Shown here: positions 48,501 to 60,539 of the stretch, piece after piece | Layout of the letters: the number at the start of each line of letters is the position of its first letter | Position numbering within the stretch: position 1 is the first letter of the stretch | Assembly: GCA_010909165.1 (NCBI GenBank) | Contig: MU008187.1 | Coordinates: 1-61,020, forward strand | Source of the DNA: Anthoceros angustus | Lineage: Eukaryota; Plantae; Anthocerotophyta | Reading direction: 5' to 3' | DNA: 61,020 nt | Notes under the pieces: model-generated | What the model was told of the DNA's origin: nothing | Database searches by the model: none | What the model saw: only the letters and a program-made list of their open reading frames with translations | Program-made: the position numbers and the translations under genes

Positions 48501-50581
48501 GCAAATTCCGCCGTCATGATGCACACCCGTTGTGATCCCTTCACCATGTTGCGGCCCACACCGCGCCTTCCTATGGTTTGGCCACACCTCCATCTTGCAG
48601 CCCATCTACAAATTCAGCTGCCGTGAGTGCTCTACCATGGCCTTTCCTAGTTCAACACACGGCCTATCATGCCATCCTCCCGCCGTGACTCCATTAAGAG
48701 CACTTCCATGTGCCTCGCGCCATGGCCTCCTCTTGCAACCCTTGTGGCTGCTCACCACAACATGAGCTCCTCGCTCCCATCCTTGCACCAATTCTGCTCC
48801 TCTCTCGCATCTTGAGCTCCCAACCTAGAGCCCTGCAGGATCCTGCAATTCCACCATTACGGGCACTTGGCCCATCTTCCTGCAACCCTTGCCACACATC
48901 TCTACCTAGCAGTCCTCCTTGCAAAATCTCAGCAATATGAGCACACCATGTCTCACTTCTTCCACACATGTGGCAAATTACTTTGCCTTCCCCTCAAACT
49001 TGGTGGTGGTCCCCAATAATCAGGCCTTTGCCTCAAGCCTATCAGCATGCTTGTGCGGCAACCTCAAGCTACTTCCTTGGCTTAATTGCCTTCACCCTTT
49101 CCTAGTGGTAGGAGCTACTCCTGTGTAGGTCATCAAAACGCTAGCTGGGCGCTTACCTACGGTGGTGGGACATTCTCCTACCCATACCTATGGGGTAGGA
49201 GTTCTCTCCACTTAGCCTACCGTGGTAGGAGTTTCTCCTGGTGGTAGGATACCTCCTGCAGTGGGACATCTCCCTCGTGAGTGCCATGCCCTACGTCACT
49301 ACCACCTACACCTTCTCCATTCTAGGGCTCTCATGTGACTTCGCAAATATAATAAGTTGAAACACCTCACACAAAAGGCCCCATCCGTCTTGATCCACCC
49401 CTAGGACGCTTAACTGGAGTTCTTACATTCATTGTCCAACACACCAAATTGGCTTGTGCACAACACTCAATAAAATGAACTTATTCCCGGTGAACTCCTC
49501 ACGCCTCAACAACATCTCGTATCAACCCTCCTTGCTACCCATTTCTCCTCGCGGCCACCACGGCCTCCCTTCACTTTGACTTGCAGCACGCAAATTCCGC
49601 CGTCATGATGCACACCCGTTGTGATCCCTTCACCATGTTGCGGCCCACACGCAACCGCCTTCCTATGGTTTGGCCACACCTCCATCTTGCAGCCCGGCTA
49701 CAAATTCAGCTGCCGTGAGTGCTCTACCATGGCCTTTCCTAGTTCAACACACGGCCTATCATGCCATCCTCCATCGTGACTCCATTAAGAGCACTTCCAT
49801 GTGCCTCGCCATGGCCTCTTGCAACCCTTGCATGCTCACCACAACATGAGCTCCTCGCTCCCATCCTTGCACCGATTGCTCCTCTCTCGCATCTTGAGCT
49901 CCCAACCTAGAGCCCTGCAGCGGATCCTGCACAATTCCACCATTACGGGCACTTGGCCCATCTTCCTGCAGCAACCCTTGCCACATCTCTACCTAGCAGT
50001 CCTCCTTCTTGCAAAATCTCAGCAATATGAGCACACGCCCATGTCTCACTTCTTCCACACGTGTGGCAAATTACTTTGCCTTCCCCTCAAACTTGGTGGT
50101 GGTCCCCAATAATCAGGCCTTTGCCTGCAAGCCTATCACATGCTTGTGCAACCTCACTTCCTTGGCTTAATTGCCTTCACCCTTTCCTAGTGGTAGGAGC
50201 TACTCTGCCCGGTGGGTCATCGCTAGCTGGGCGCTTACCTACGTGGTGGGACATTCTCCTACCCATACCTATGGGGTGAGTTCTCTCCACTTAGCCTACC
50301 GTGGTAGGAGTTTCTCCTGGTGGTAGGATACCTCCTACCACGGTAGGACATCTCCTACCGTTCACATATGTCTCCTACCCTCCTCACTAGAAGGTCATTT
50401 TGATCCGTTTCTTTTCCCCTAAGTATCCTCTCTGCCTTCCCGATAGCATCCTACAGCTCCAGCTTCAATCGGAACAAAAACATTTCTCGCATGTTTCCAC
50501 CAAACCATTTCTATCAAAAGCATTCGGACCTGTTCAAAAACAACTCACTTAAACCAGTTGCCCAAACTTTTGCGTTCCACA
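45558..50581 (-). mobile_element. 3' LTR (~5.0 kb, includes a ~1.1 kb internal duplication)
   Basis: Follows the PPT on minus; TATA-like CCTATAAAAGG at about 46608-46618. Confidence 0.75.
48184..50350. repeat. Tandem duplication, period ~1093 bp, inside the 3' LTR only
   Basis: GTGAGTGCCATGCCC...GGCTCTCATGTGACTTC..AAATATAATAAGTTGAAACACC at 48184 and 49277; single copy in the other LTR (~57510-58630). Confidence 0.9.
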
Positions 50582-50597
50582 TACTCCCCTCCTCACC
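50582..50597 (-). promoter_or_regulatory. Gypsy polypurine tract
   Basis: Minus strand GGTGAGGAGGGGAGTA directly before TGTGGAACGC. Confidence 0.75.
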
Positions 50598-50599
50598 TG

Positions 50600-51110
50600 T
50601 TTGCGTCCTCGCAAACAACAGATCTCAGTGAAGGTGCTTAACCTTCCACCCATTCACTCTAGTTGGTAGCAAATCCCCATCCGGCTGCGTAATTGCGGAT
50701 CCATTCTCATACACGCCACCACACGATCGGTCCTAAGCTTCCTGAAATCCATGTAACGACCATCATATAGAAGAACCAAATCCCGGCCATGATAGCCTCT
50801 TGCTTCCTTAATTCCCATCATGCCTCTCCTTTCTAAGCTCTGAATTATGGGTTTCTTCTAAAGCCTCTTCCCTACATTCCTCATGCTCTATGAAAGACTC
50901 TAGTCTAACTTCACGACTCTCCTCTGCAATTTCGCTCATCCTCCATGATTCTATAGGTAGGTACCTCAAATTCAACAGCATCACGGAGACATCCCATGTT
51001 AAATAATAGAGTCTTCTTGGTAGTCACTTTCTCCGCTTTCTGTAAGCCCACAATGCATCTAAGATCTTCTTCACCGTGATTTACACTAAATAATGGCCTC
51101 CAACCTCTTT
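50600..51110 (-). pseudogene. Gypsy integrase C-terminal remnant
   Basis: Reverse complement of 41630-42190; ALWAYRKAEKVTTKKT and EFEVPTYRIMEDE. Confidence 0.85.
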
Positions 51111-51616
51111 TGCATGCACTTCTTTGCCACTTCGCTTCCTCGCCACCAAGCGGACACGGGGCATGGCCGCTTGTACATTATGACCGTGGGCCGCTCCTTG
51201 CATCGGCCTGCGGTATCCATGCCTCGGTCGTCAACACTCTTCTTGCAGCGGTGGTCACCGCCATGATAACCTTAGGCTCTGGCCCGAGCTAGCTCGCGCT
51301 CCTCGACAATACTCTCGACATGCCGTACCTCCACAAAAGTGGCTTCCTTGGCCGCCCATGAATTCGCCAATTCCTTTTCACCGCAAGCTCCCCTTGAATC
51401 GCGGTTTCTTCACGCTTCTTTTCCATGCACACCATCCTCGAGCCGTCCCTACTCGAGGCTCCATCATCGCTCTTCCCACACCGCCATGTGTGGGAGTCCC
51501 TCCGATTTCTCCGTTTTCTCTTCTCCCTTTGCCAACCGTGGCCTCCACTTGCAGCCCTCTTGAGCTCACCCTTTCTCCTCGCTCGAATCCCCAATTCATT
51601 AGGTTGCGGCATCTCA

Positions 51617-52785
51617 CACAAAACTCCCTTCACGGATCCTTGGCTTTCTAACGGCATCAAGACTTGCTCTTGACCTCTAGGCCAGCCACGCCTTGCTTGT
51701 TTCCATCTAGCTTGTTCACGGTGGATGTTGGTGCTATGGCCACAACCCGCCTTCAACTCGGCTCACAAAACTAGCTTCTCCTGCGTCGATCTGCGGGCAT
51801 CGTACTGCAGTCGTGGACACATGCATCATCGCTGGTACACCATCTCCCGACCTTCTAGACTCATGTCTAGCCCTAGATCGCTCTAGCGATCTCCTTACGT
51901 TGCTGCGGTTTTCGGCAGCAATTTCCAATCGACCGTGAATTGCGCTCCTTCTTGCAATTCCGCAAGCATATCTTGAGGTGTGATTTCTCCACAATCCTCC
52001 TTCATACACATCACCATAGAGCCATCCTCGCTCCTGGGCTCTAGCGCACAGCTCCTCGGCACACCATTTTGTGTGCCACTTCTCCTTCCTCCAAATTGCG
52101 ATTTCTTGCAATTTCTCCATCATCCTTGCCAGCGTTGTGGTCTCTTGCTAGCTCGCTTACCAGCAAACCAGACGTTGTTGCTACGCATGCTCAACCTCAT
52201 TCACAAAACTCCCTTCACGGATCCTTGGCTTTCCACGGCATCAAGACTTGCTCTTGACCTCTAGGCCACGCCTTGTTTCCATCTAGCTTGTTCACGGTGG
52301 ATGTTGGTGCTATGGCCACAACCCGCCTTCAACTCACAAAACTAGCTTCTCCACCGTCGATCTGCGGGCATCAGTGCCTGGTCGTGGACACATGCATCAT
52401 CGCTGGTACACCATCTCCCGACCTTCTAGACTCATGTCTAGCCCTAGATCGCTCTAGCGATCTCCTTACGTTGCTGCGGTTTCACGGCAGCAATTTCCGT
52501 CGACCGTGAATTGGTCGGCGCTCCTTCTTGCAATTCCACGCAAGCATATCTTGAGGTGTGATTTCTCCACAATCCTCCTTCATACACATCACCATAGAGC
52601 CATCCTCGCTCCTGGGCTCTAGCGCACAGCTCCTCGGCACACCATTTTGTGTGCCACTTCTCCTTCCTCCAAATTGCGATTTCTTCAATTTCTCCATCAT
52701 CCTTGCCACCATGTGGTCTCTTGCTAGCTCGCTTACCAGCAAACCACGTTGTTGCCGACATGCTCAACCTCATTCACAAAACCGT
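51617..52785. repeat. Tandem duplication, period ~580 bp
   Basis: CACAAAACTCCC.TTCACGGATCCTTGGCTTTC at 51617 and 52202; a third start at about 52775. Confidence 0.9.
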
Positions 52786-52789
52786 TTCC

Positions 52790-53332
52790 TCCTGCTTTGC
52801 CAATCGCAAGTTTTAGCTTGCGGTCGTTGTGACTCCCTTCCAACCAAGTTCCGATTTCCTCCCTTCTTGTTGGCCTAGCCTCATGTCCAGGTCAGATTGC
52901 GCTCCCATGGCGACCTCCTCGCCTTGCTGCACCTCCATGGTCGAATTTTGAGTGATTGCCCGGATCGCCAACTCTCCCTTCTGCGGTTTACGCTCAAACT
53001 TTTCATGAAGCGCATCTCCTCCTTCGCCCTCTGGTGTGTCCACCTCCCTAGGGCCTTCTCCTCCTGCTTTGCTGCCAAGTTTTCGGCTTGCGGTCGTTGT
53101 GACTCCCTTCCAACCAAGTTCCGATTTCCTCCCTTCTTGTTGGCCTAGCCTCATGTCCAGGTCCAGATTGCGCTCCCATGGCGACCTCCTCGCCTTGCTG
53201 CACCTCCATGGTGAATTTTGGTGATTGCCCAGATCGCCAACTCTCCCTTCTGCGGTTTACGCTCAAACTTTTCATGAAGCGCATCTCCTCCTTCGCCCTC
53301 TGGCGTGTCCACCTCCCTAGGGCCTTCTCCTC
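52790..53332. repeat. Tandem duplication, period ~270 bp
   Basis: GCTTGCGGTCGTTGTGACTCCCTTCCAACCAAGTTCCG twice (about 52816 and 53086). Confidence 0.9.
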
Positions 53333-54740
53333 CCTTGCGGCCTCATGGCGCCGGCCGACCTCGCCAAGTGGGCGCCTTCCTTGTTCTGGCGGTGCTCATG
53401 TCCGTTTTGCTTCTTTCTTTGCCATCGTGATGGCCTCCACTTGCAGCCCTCGACTGCTCACCCTTGAGGATCATTTCAGCCTCCTCTTGCGCCCATGCTG
53501 GCGCCCCTTATCCTCTCTCGGTTCCAGTTGTCTGCTGCGGCTTTTCACTGCGCTCCTTCTTGCTCATTTGGCCTCTGCTGGCAACAAGTCTTGCTGATCA
53601 ATTCTTAGGCTGTCTACAACATGCTCACGTCCTCCCCCTTCGACCCGGGCTCTGGCAACCAACTCCTCGTCAGGAAATCGGTCATCTGTGGCCTCAAGTC
53701 GTTTTCCAGTTTTCAGTCGAGAAATAAGACCTTCATTCACATGTTGCTCCCCTGCAACTTCTTCAACTCTACCATCTCCTCTACACCTAGGTACTTAGAA
53801 ATCCTTGCTACCTTACCAGACTCTAGCTCTACGTCTTCTATAGCATCATACATTCCCTTCGAACTTCTCGAACTTTTATCAGGAAAAGGTCACTCCTTCT
53901 GGCGGACGTGGTGGTACTCTCTTGAAGTAACCATAAATCCCCTCTACATAATCATACAAAGACTCCCCTCTTCCTTGAGTTCTCAAGGACCAACATGTGA
54001 TCTCGTTTCTTCTCCCCAAATCTCACATCTGCTGGCGGTGTGGGTGGACTCCCACCACCTCTGCTTCCTCCTATCATGGTCAAGGGCGTCCACAAAACGT
54101 GGGCACACCTCCCAGCAATTCCACCTGTCTTGGCGTAAACAAATCTGCAAGCGGGATGTACTATACAGACTTGGGCACACAAGCGCCTCGATCCTCCTAA
54201 CAAGCAAGGTTGAAAGGGCAGCAAGTTGGGCAATAATTCGATCAAGACCTTGCGAAATATTAGCCGTTAGATTTCATACCCCAACTTCTCCTTGCCAAAT
54301 CTCACCCTCTTGCCTTCCTCCTCTATGACGACAAAATCAAGCTAGAAGAGCTCGACAATCCACGAAAAGTCCTCCTCTTGCGAGAGCGGAAGATGTACCT
54401 CGAAATTACTAACGGCTCAATTCTTGACCCTCACCCTTGATCGGCAACTCCTCAACAACTTCCTTCCTCTTGTTGTCCGTGAGCACAACCTTCTCCTCCT
54501 CTTAGACAACTACCTCTTCTTCCTCAACGGAACCCTTGAAAATGTTAGCACATGTAGCTTCCTCTGCAAGAGTTCTCTCCTCCGCTTCTTCCTCTACCGT
54601 CATGCAACTCTCACACCACTTGCAAAAATCAGCGGGCGATCTCCTCTCTATGCCTGCAATAAAACTTCTTCTTCTCATCCCCGATTAGAGATTCTCAACA
54701 ATGTTCATGCCTCTTCCACTCGACTTGCCAAAGCAAAGAG

Positions 54741-54757
54741 TCCCGACAGCAGCGCCA
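54741..54757 (-). promoter_or_regulatory. Primer-binding site, tRNA-Asp type (Athila-like)
   Basis: Minus strand TGGCGCTGCTGTCGGGA lies 4 nt after the LTR-terminal CA; it differs from the Athila consensus TGGCGCCGTTGCCGGGGA mainly by transitions. Confidence 0.75.
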
Positions 54758-54761
54758 AAAA

Positions 54762-57700
54762 TGTGGGAGGAAAACCCGGGGCTTGAGATTCACCCTCTAG
54801 TGGCCACACTTATCCCACTTGTCGCTAAGTACAATAGGTTTCGTCCCATGAGACTCTTGTTTGTCGGTCACCAACATCAAGGCACAAACCACCGCCTCTT
54901 CACACCCCAAGCTCCCTCACACAGTGGAGCAACTTCAACTCACTCCACAGGGCGGCCACGCCTCACCATGCTGCTCGTCAATCACCGCTTCTAGACCTAC
55001 GACACCCTCGACTATAGGTCCACACCCCAGAGTGGGTCGGTGACTCGCACGTGGGACCCCCTACGTTGCAGCGACTTCACCACCCGTGATCGTCCACTAT
55101 TCCTTTCCCATCGCCTTCCCACAATTGGCACCCTCAACCACCAACTCGGCACGGCGCCACTCCCGCCTTTGCTCGTCAATCACCGCTTCTAGACCTACAC
55201 GACATCCTACGATCGTAGGTCCCTATGGTAGGTCCACCGTCTCGCGTAGGGACCCCCCCGGTGGCGACTTCTCCACCCGTGATTTTGAGACCTTAGCCCG
55301 GCTTCGGTCTCGGTTTGGTGCGGTTGGGACCCCTCCCTTAGGCTCGACTTGGGCCTTCTTCTTACTCTAATCTCTACCTACTCCTCTACTCAACATTCAG
55401 CTCCACATTCTCCTCAACACTCACCTCAACTCAACTCCTCATCCTCCTAATCTAACCTTACTTCAAGCTCACTGGCCCTAGCTCGCCCTTACGGCTGGCT
55501 GCACAGGAGTGCGCCTACAAGCCAACAAGTTCTTCCTTGGGCGGTTGCTGTGAGTTTGCACCAGACGAGAACCTCCGAGTCTTTCCTGTAGTCTACCCTC
55601 AAGCCGAGAGTTCCTTGGGCATCGCCACACACCCAAAGCAAAGCAATTTCACGGCAACCATTCACAAGGAGCAACTGCGGGCGCCGCAAGGCGAGCTCTC
55701 CGCCAAGCACTCCGACCACCGCAAACTCCCTCTCTACCGGGCCTTCGTTAGCTTGCGGTACGAACTTCCTTCACAAGGAGCAAAGGACTCGAGGTAGGGA
55801 GCGCAAGACCGATAATTTTACTTCACAAGCTCCCTCCTTTTATAGGGAGGTCCTCACATCTGACCTCCCCACAGGCGCCCTCTTGGCCTCACTCCTTATT
55901 TTAGTGTATCCTGTTGTCGGACTTTAAGTTCGACATCCAAGCATCTTGGGTAAAATTCTATTCTAGCAACTTCACCTATGTGAGCCTTAATGGCTCTGTC
56001 AACATTCCTATCTAGCTAGTCAACACACCCCTACTGGGTTGACAAGCATTTATGCCTGTCCTCCTCTAAAGAAAGTCTCCCCCCAAGCAATGAGCCCACA
56101 CTCCAAGCTACCACCAACCCCTTCAATTACCTCTAGATGCCGTCGCACCGCCTGGTGATCCTACGGATGTAGGGCCACCCTCTACACCTCCTACGGACGT
56201 AGGGTCAACTTCTTATGGCCCTACCGCCTCCACGCTCTCCACTGCAAGAAGGTCTCCCGTGAGCGGATCTTGCTCCATGCCTTCCTCTACCTCCTCCGAG
56301 TCATCCTCTCGGCCTTCCATATACATCGGATGTGTTGGGCTCTTCCCGGCTCCCTAGCAACCAACTTGCCCTTCTTAGGTGCGGGCGCTTTCACCATCTT
56401 GTACCTTCAAAATAAGCGCACAAACAAGACAAGCTTGGGCAGCCCACATGCTCGTTTCCACCTAGTTGTCACCTCGGTGTCTACACACAATTGCGAGATT
56501 TCTTCACTAACATAAAATCCACCAAGAGAGCAACTTCAGCCCTTTTCCACTTACTTCCTCTTCACTCCACGGTCCCACCTAGCTCAAACTTGATGTCCTC
56601 ACAACATACACTCCTTATGTGCCCAAATCCCTCACTTGCAAGGTCCTAGGCACAAAATTCAGCGCCCTTGCCCTCTTCAGTTGTGCTTCAAATCCCTTCA
56701 CACACAACTCCTTATGCACACACCTCCTTCTCCTTGCACACACACGGGCTCGCGTTCCACCAAGTCCTTGCTCTAGCTTTCCGTGCATGCACAAGCTCTT
56801 CCTGCAATTCCTCAGCTTCCTAGGTGCCACTCCTACACACCCGCTTGCATGGCCACCCTACACTACCTACCCACATATTTATGTGCTATTATTCCTAATA
56901 TATCCTATTTATCCACAACCTTGCCTGTGCCCTCTTTAGCAACTTCCTAGGTTTGTACACCTTGTACAAGCTTGCTTTATATCCTTAAGTATCCTAGGTT
57001 GCTTCCAAGTATCCTAAGCTTTCCAAGTATCCAAGTAGTGTCGCACCCCCTTTGCTGCCCGTGGGAGACCTCACCACTCCTACGGTGAGACACTCTCATC
57101 CTACCTATCTACCTACCTAACTAATGCCCCGTGAGAGCCCCTGCTACCCTACATCCTACCCATGTAGGGCCACCCTGGTCACCCTACATACTACCTGCAT
57201 CTCTGTCCCCTACTTGTTCCCTACTTGTTCCCTACTTGTTCCCTTGGTACCGTAGGGAGCGGTCACGTGGACACGCCCGCCCTACCCATCCCTACGTCCT
57301 ACCCACATACATACATGTAGGGACCCTGCCCTACCTATGTAGGGTCACCCTTGTTACCCTACATACTACCTTAACAGTCGGGACCCTCCGCCCTACACAC
57401 TCGCGTGGTGCACCTCCACCCTACGGTGGGAGTGCCATGCCTTCCACCACCTACACCTTCTCCATTCTCGTGGGCATCGCCCTACACCTCCACGTGGGTG
57501 CCTCCCTCCCTGTAGTGCCATGCCCTCGTCCACTACCACCCTACACTACTCGGCTGGGTGCACCACCCAAACACTCTCCCCAATTAGGTTCTCATGGGCT
57601 TCGCAAATAACACCTCACACAAAAGGCCCCATCTCGGTCTTGATCCACCCCTAGGACGCTTAACTCTGGAGTTCTTACATTCCATTGTCCAACACACCAA

Positions 57701-58851
57701 TTGGCTACACAACACTCAACGAATAAAGCTTATTCCCGGTGAACTCCTCACACCTCAACAACATCTCGTATCAACCCTCCTTGCTACCCATTTCTCCTCG
57801 CGGCCACCACAACGGCCTCCCTTCACTTTGACTTGCATTGCGCAAATTCCGCCATCATGATGCACACCCGTTGTGATCCCTTCACCATGTTGCGGCCCAC
57901 GCACGCCTTCCTATGGTTTGGCCACACCTCCATCTTGCAGCCCATCTACAAATTCAGCTGGTGAGTGCCCTACCATGGCCTTTCCTAGTTCAACACACGG
58001 CCCTATCATGCCATCCTCCCATCGTGACTCCATTAAGAGCACTTCCATGTGCCTCGGCACGCCATGGCCTCCTCTTGCAACCCTTGTGGCTGCTCACCTC
58101 AACATGAGCTCCTCGCTCCCATCCTTGCACCGATTCTGCTCCTCTCTCGCATCTTGAGCTCCCAACCTAGAGCCCGCAGGATCCCGACACCAATTCCACC
58201 ATTACGGGCACTTGGCCCATCTTCCTGCAACCCTTGCCACACATCTCTACCTAGCAGTCCTCCCATCGCAAAATCTCAGCAATATGAGCACACCCCATGT
58301 CTCACTTCTTCCACACATGTGGCAAATTACTTTGCCTTCCCCTCAAACTTGGTGGTGGTCCCCAATAATCAGGCCTTTGCCTCTGCAAGCCTATCAACGG
58401 CTGCGAACCTCAAGCTACTTCCTTGGCTTAATTGCCTTCACCCTTTTCCCGTGGTAGGAGCTACTCGCCCAGAGGTCATCAAAACGCTAGCTGGGCGCTT
58501 ACCTATAGTGGTAGGACATTCTCCTACCCATACCTATGGTGGTAGGAGTTCTCTCCACTTAGCCTACAGTGGTAGGAGTTTTTCCTACGGTGGTAGGATA
58601 CCTCCTACCAGGGTAGGACATCTCCTACCGTTCACATATGTCTCCTACCCTCCTCACTAGAAGGTCATTTCGATCCGTTTCTTTTCCCCTAAGTATCCTC
58701 TCTGCCTTCCCGACAACATCCTACAACTCCAGCTTCAATCAGAACAAAAACATTTTTCGCATGTTTCCACCAAACCATTTCTATCAAAAGAATTCGGACC
58801 TGTTCAAAAACAACTCACTTAAACCAGTTGCCCAAACTTTTATGCTCCACA
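54762..58851 (-). mobile_element. 5' LTR (~4.1 kb)
   Basis: Colinear with 45558-50581; homology ends at the same base (...CCACA on +); TATA at about 55837-55846. Confidence 0.75.
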
Positions 58852-59065
58852 CTAACGAAATGGGAAGAAGCCAAGATAGAAGCTACTCCGTGAGGGTGGT
58901 GGAAGGAGAGCCATCACCCCTGTGAGGATGAAGAACAGGCGTGAGGCCCCGGCAAGAGACCGCCACATGAACCGATGAGGCCTCGTGATCAGAACCCAAC
59001 AAGAGAAAGGGAAAGAGGCTATAGAAGTACCCTCCTACGTGGAAGGAGGAAAGGATACGAGACCA

Positions 59066-59195
59066 CCTACCGTGGTAGGATACCTCCTACGGTGGTGGGA
59101 CATCTCCTACCGTGGTAGGAGTTCTCTCCACTTAGCCTACCGTGGTAGGAGTTCTCTCCACTTAGCCTACCGTGGTAGGATACCTCCTACCAAAG
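59066..59195. repeat. Array of CCTACCGTGGTAGG palindromes with a perfect 30-bp unit twice
   Basis: Palindrome starts at 59066, 59106, 59136 and 59166. Confidence 0.9.
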
Positions 59196-60539
59196 AGGTA
59201 GTAAGACTTAGCAATGATGGAGTGTGAGGGAGAAGAACGCCGAGGAACGTTGGTGACCCACGCACCAACGGAGGAGCAGAGGGAAGTGTTCGAGAAACCG
59301 GCATCCCAGAGGGTAGTTGCTGAAAGGAAGTGGGCGCAGGATCTATGGACGCCCTAGTGGACCGTCGTGGAGGTGGCCAAGTTCGGCCGAACTTCGAGAC
59401 CTACGAAAGGAGCCGGAGGATGCCGAGAAGAAATTGAGAGGAGCTCAAAACCACCTCCGAGAAGCAACACTGCGGCTAGATCCGCCAAAGAGCGATGTGA
59501 TGACCACCAAGTTGGTGAATGTGTGGGAAATGATTGACTGTGTCTTAGGCAGAGGCAAAATCAGCCAAGAGGGTCGAGGAGTTGGAAACCGCCAGAAGGA
59601 GGCGAAAGTTGAAGCTACCCTAGCAAGGGTAGGAGGCATCGAACGCAGAAGGAGGAGGCAAGATTCATACTAGCAAGGCCCAAGGGACCTTGAAGACGAG
59701 AAGGACCTCCTACGAAGAAGTTAGTGCCATGGAGCAACGGAAGGAGCATTACAAGGGAAAATACGCTTGGTGAAGGAACGACAAGGATGGGACAATGTGA
59801 CCAAGGGTCACAAAGAGGAGCTCAGACAGAGAACTTTTGGAGCAAAGAACGAAGAAGGCCGACGACCTTACCCACGCCTTATGAGAGAGGCAAGGAACTG
59901 CCGAAGGAAGTTTTGATGGCCCAACGATCTTTGAGGGTCTTCGTGTCATTCGAGGAGCAAAGAGGGCGATCACGCCATAGTAAAACGCATGGCGATGGAA
60001 GCCATGGAGAAAGATAAGGAGATTGGGAGGCTTGCCCGGAGTTGGAGGAGTAGGGAGAAAGAGGCATTGGTAGGAGTGACAAATCCGGTGGGACGAAAAG
60101 GCCATCCCACTAAGGGTCCGTGATCATGGACGACAAAAGAAGGAGAGTGGTAGGGTGGCGACCTATTACAACAACCTCCTAGAAGCGATTGAGGAACTAC
60201 AAAGGAGGAAGACGAAGAAACACCTCACCGACAAGTGGAATGGCAGCCCGGAGGTCAAACTTTGAGTTGGTACAAGGAAAGGCAGCCGACATAGCAACAA
60301 GCAAGTCAAGAAGCACCCCACGAGGGACCTCCCGACGGTGGAGCCATCAAGCCGGGAGGAAGAGATTGATGGTAGGATGGTATTTACCAAAGTTCCTACT
60401 GTAGGAACTGCTGAAGAGGAGGAGGAGACCCCGAAGGAAGGGTACCTCTACGAAACCAGGTGAGGGAAGGAACCCCATAGCGAAGAAACCATGGTAGGAG
60501 ACGAACCGCCTACCAAGAAGACGAGATGAGGGGAGGAAC

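Larger units (their letters stand above)
45558..58851 (-). mobile_element. Two-LTR Ty3/Gypsy element (~13.3 kb) with giant LTRs and no recognisable RT/RNase H (non-autonomous)
   Basis: Direct repeats 45558-50581 and 54762-58851 bounded by TGTGG...CCACA, with PBS, PPT and an integrase remnant in the expected order; flanks AAGAT and CTAAC do not form a TSD. Confidence 0.8.

Noticed and set aside
59066-59195. CRISPR-like palindromic array
   Set aside because: The spacers are identical to each other; it is a tandem repeat from an LTR motif
59300-60500. Possible Copia gag/protease upstream of the 60.5-kb integrase remnant
   Set aside because: No zinc knuckle or DSG motif could be read, so it is left unannotated
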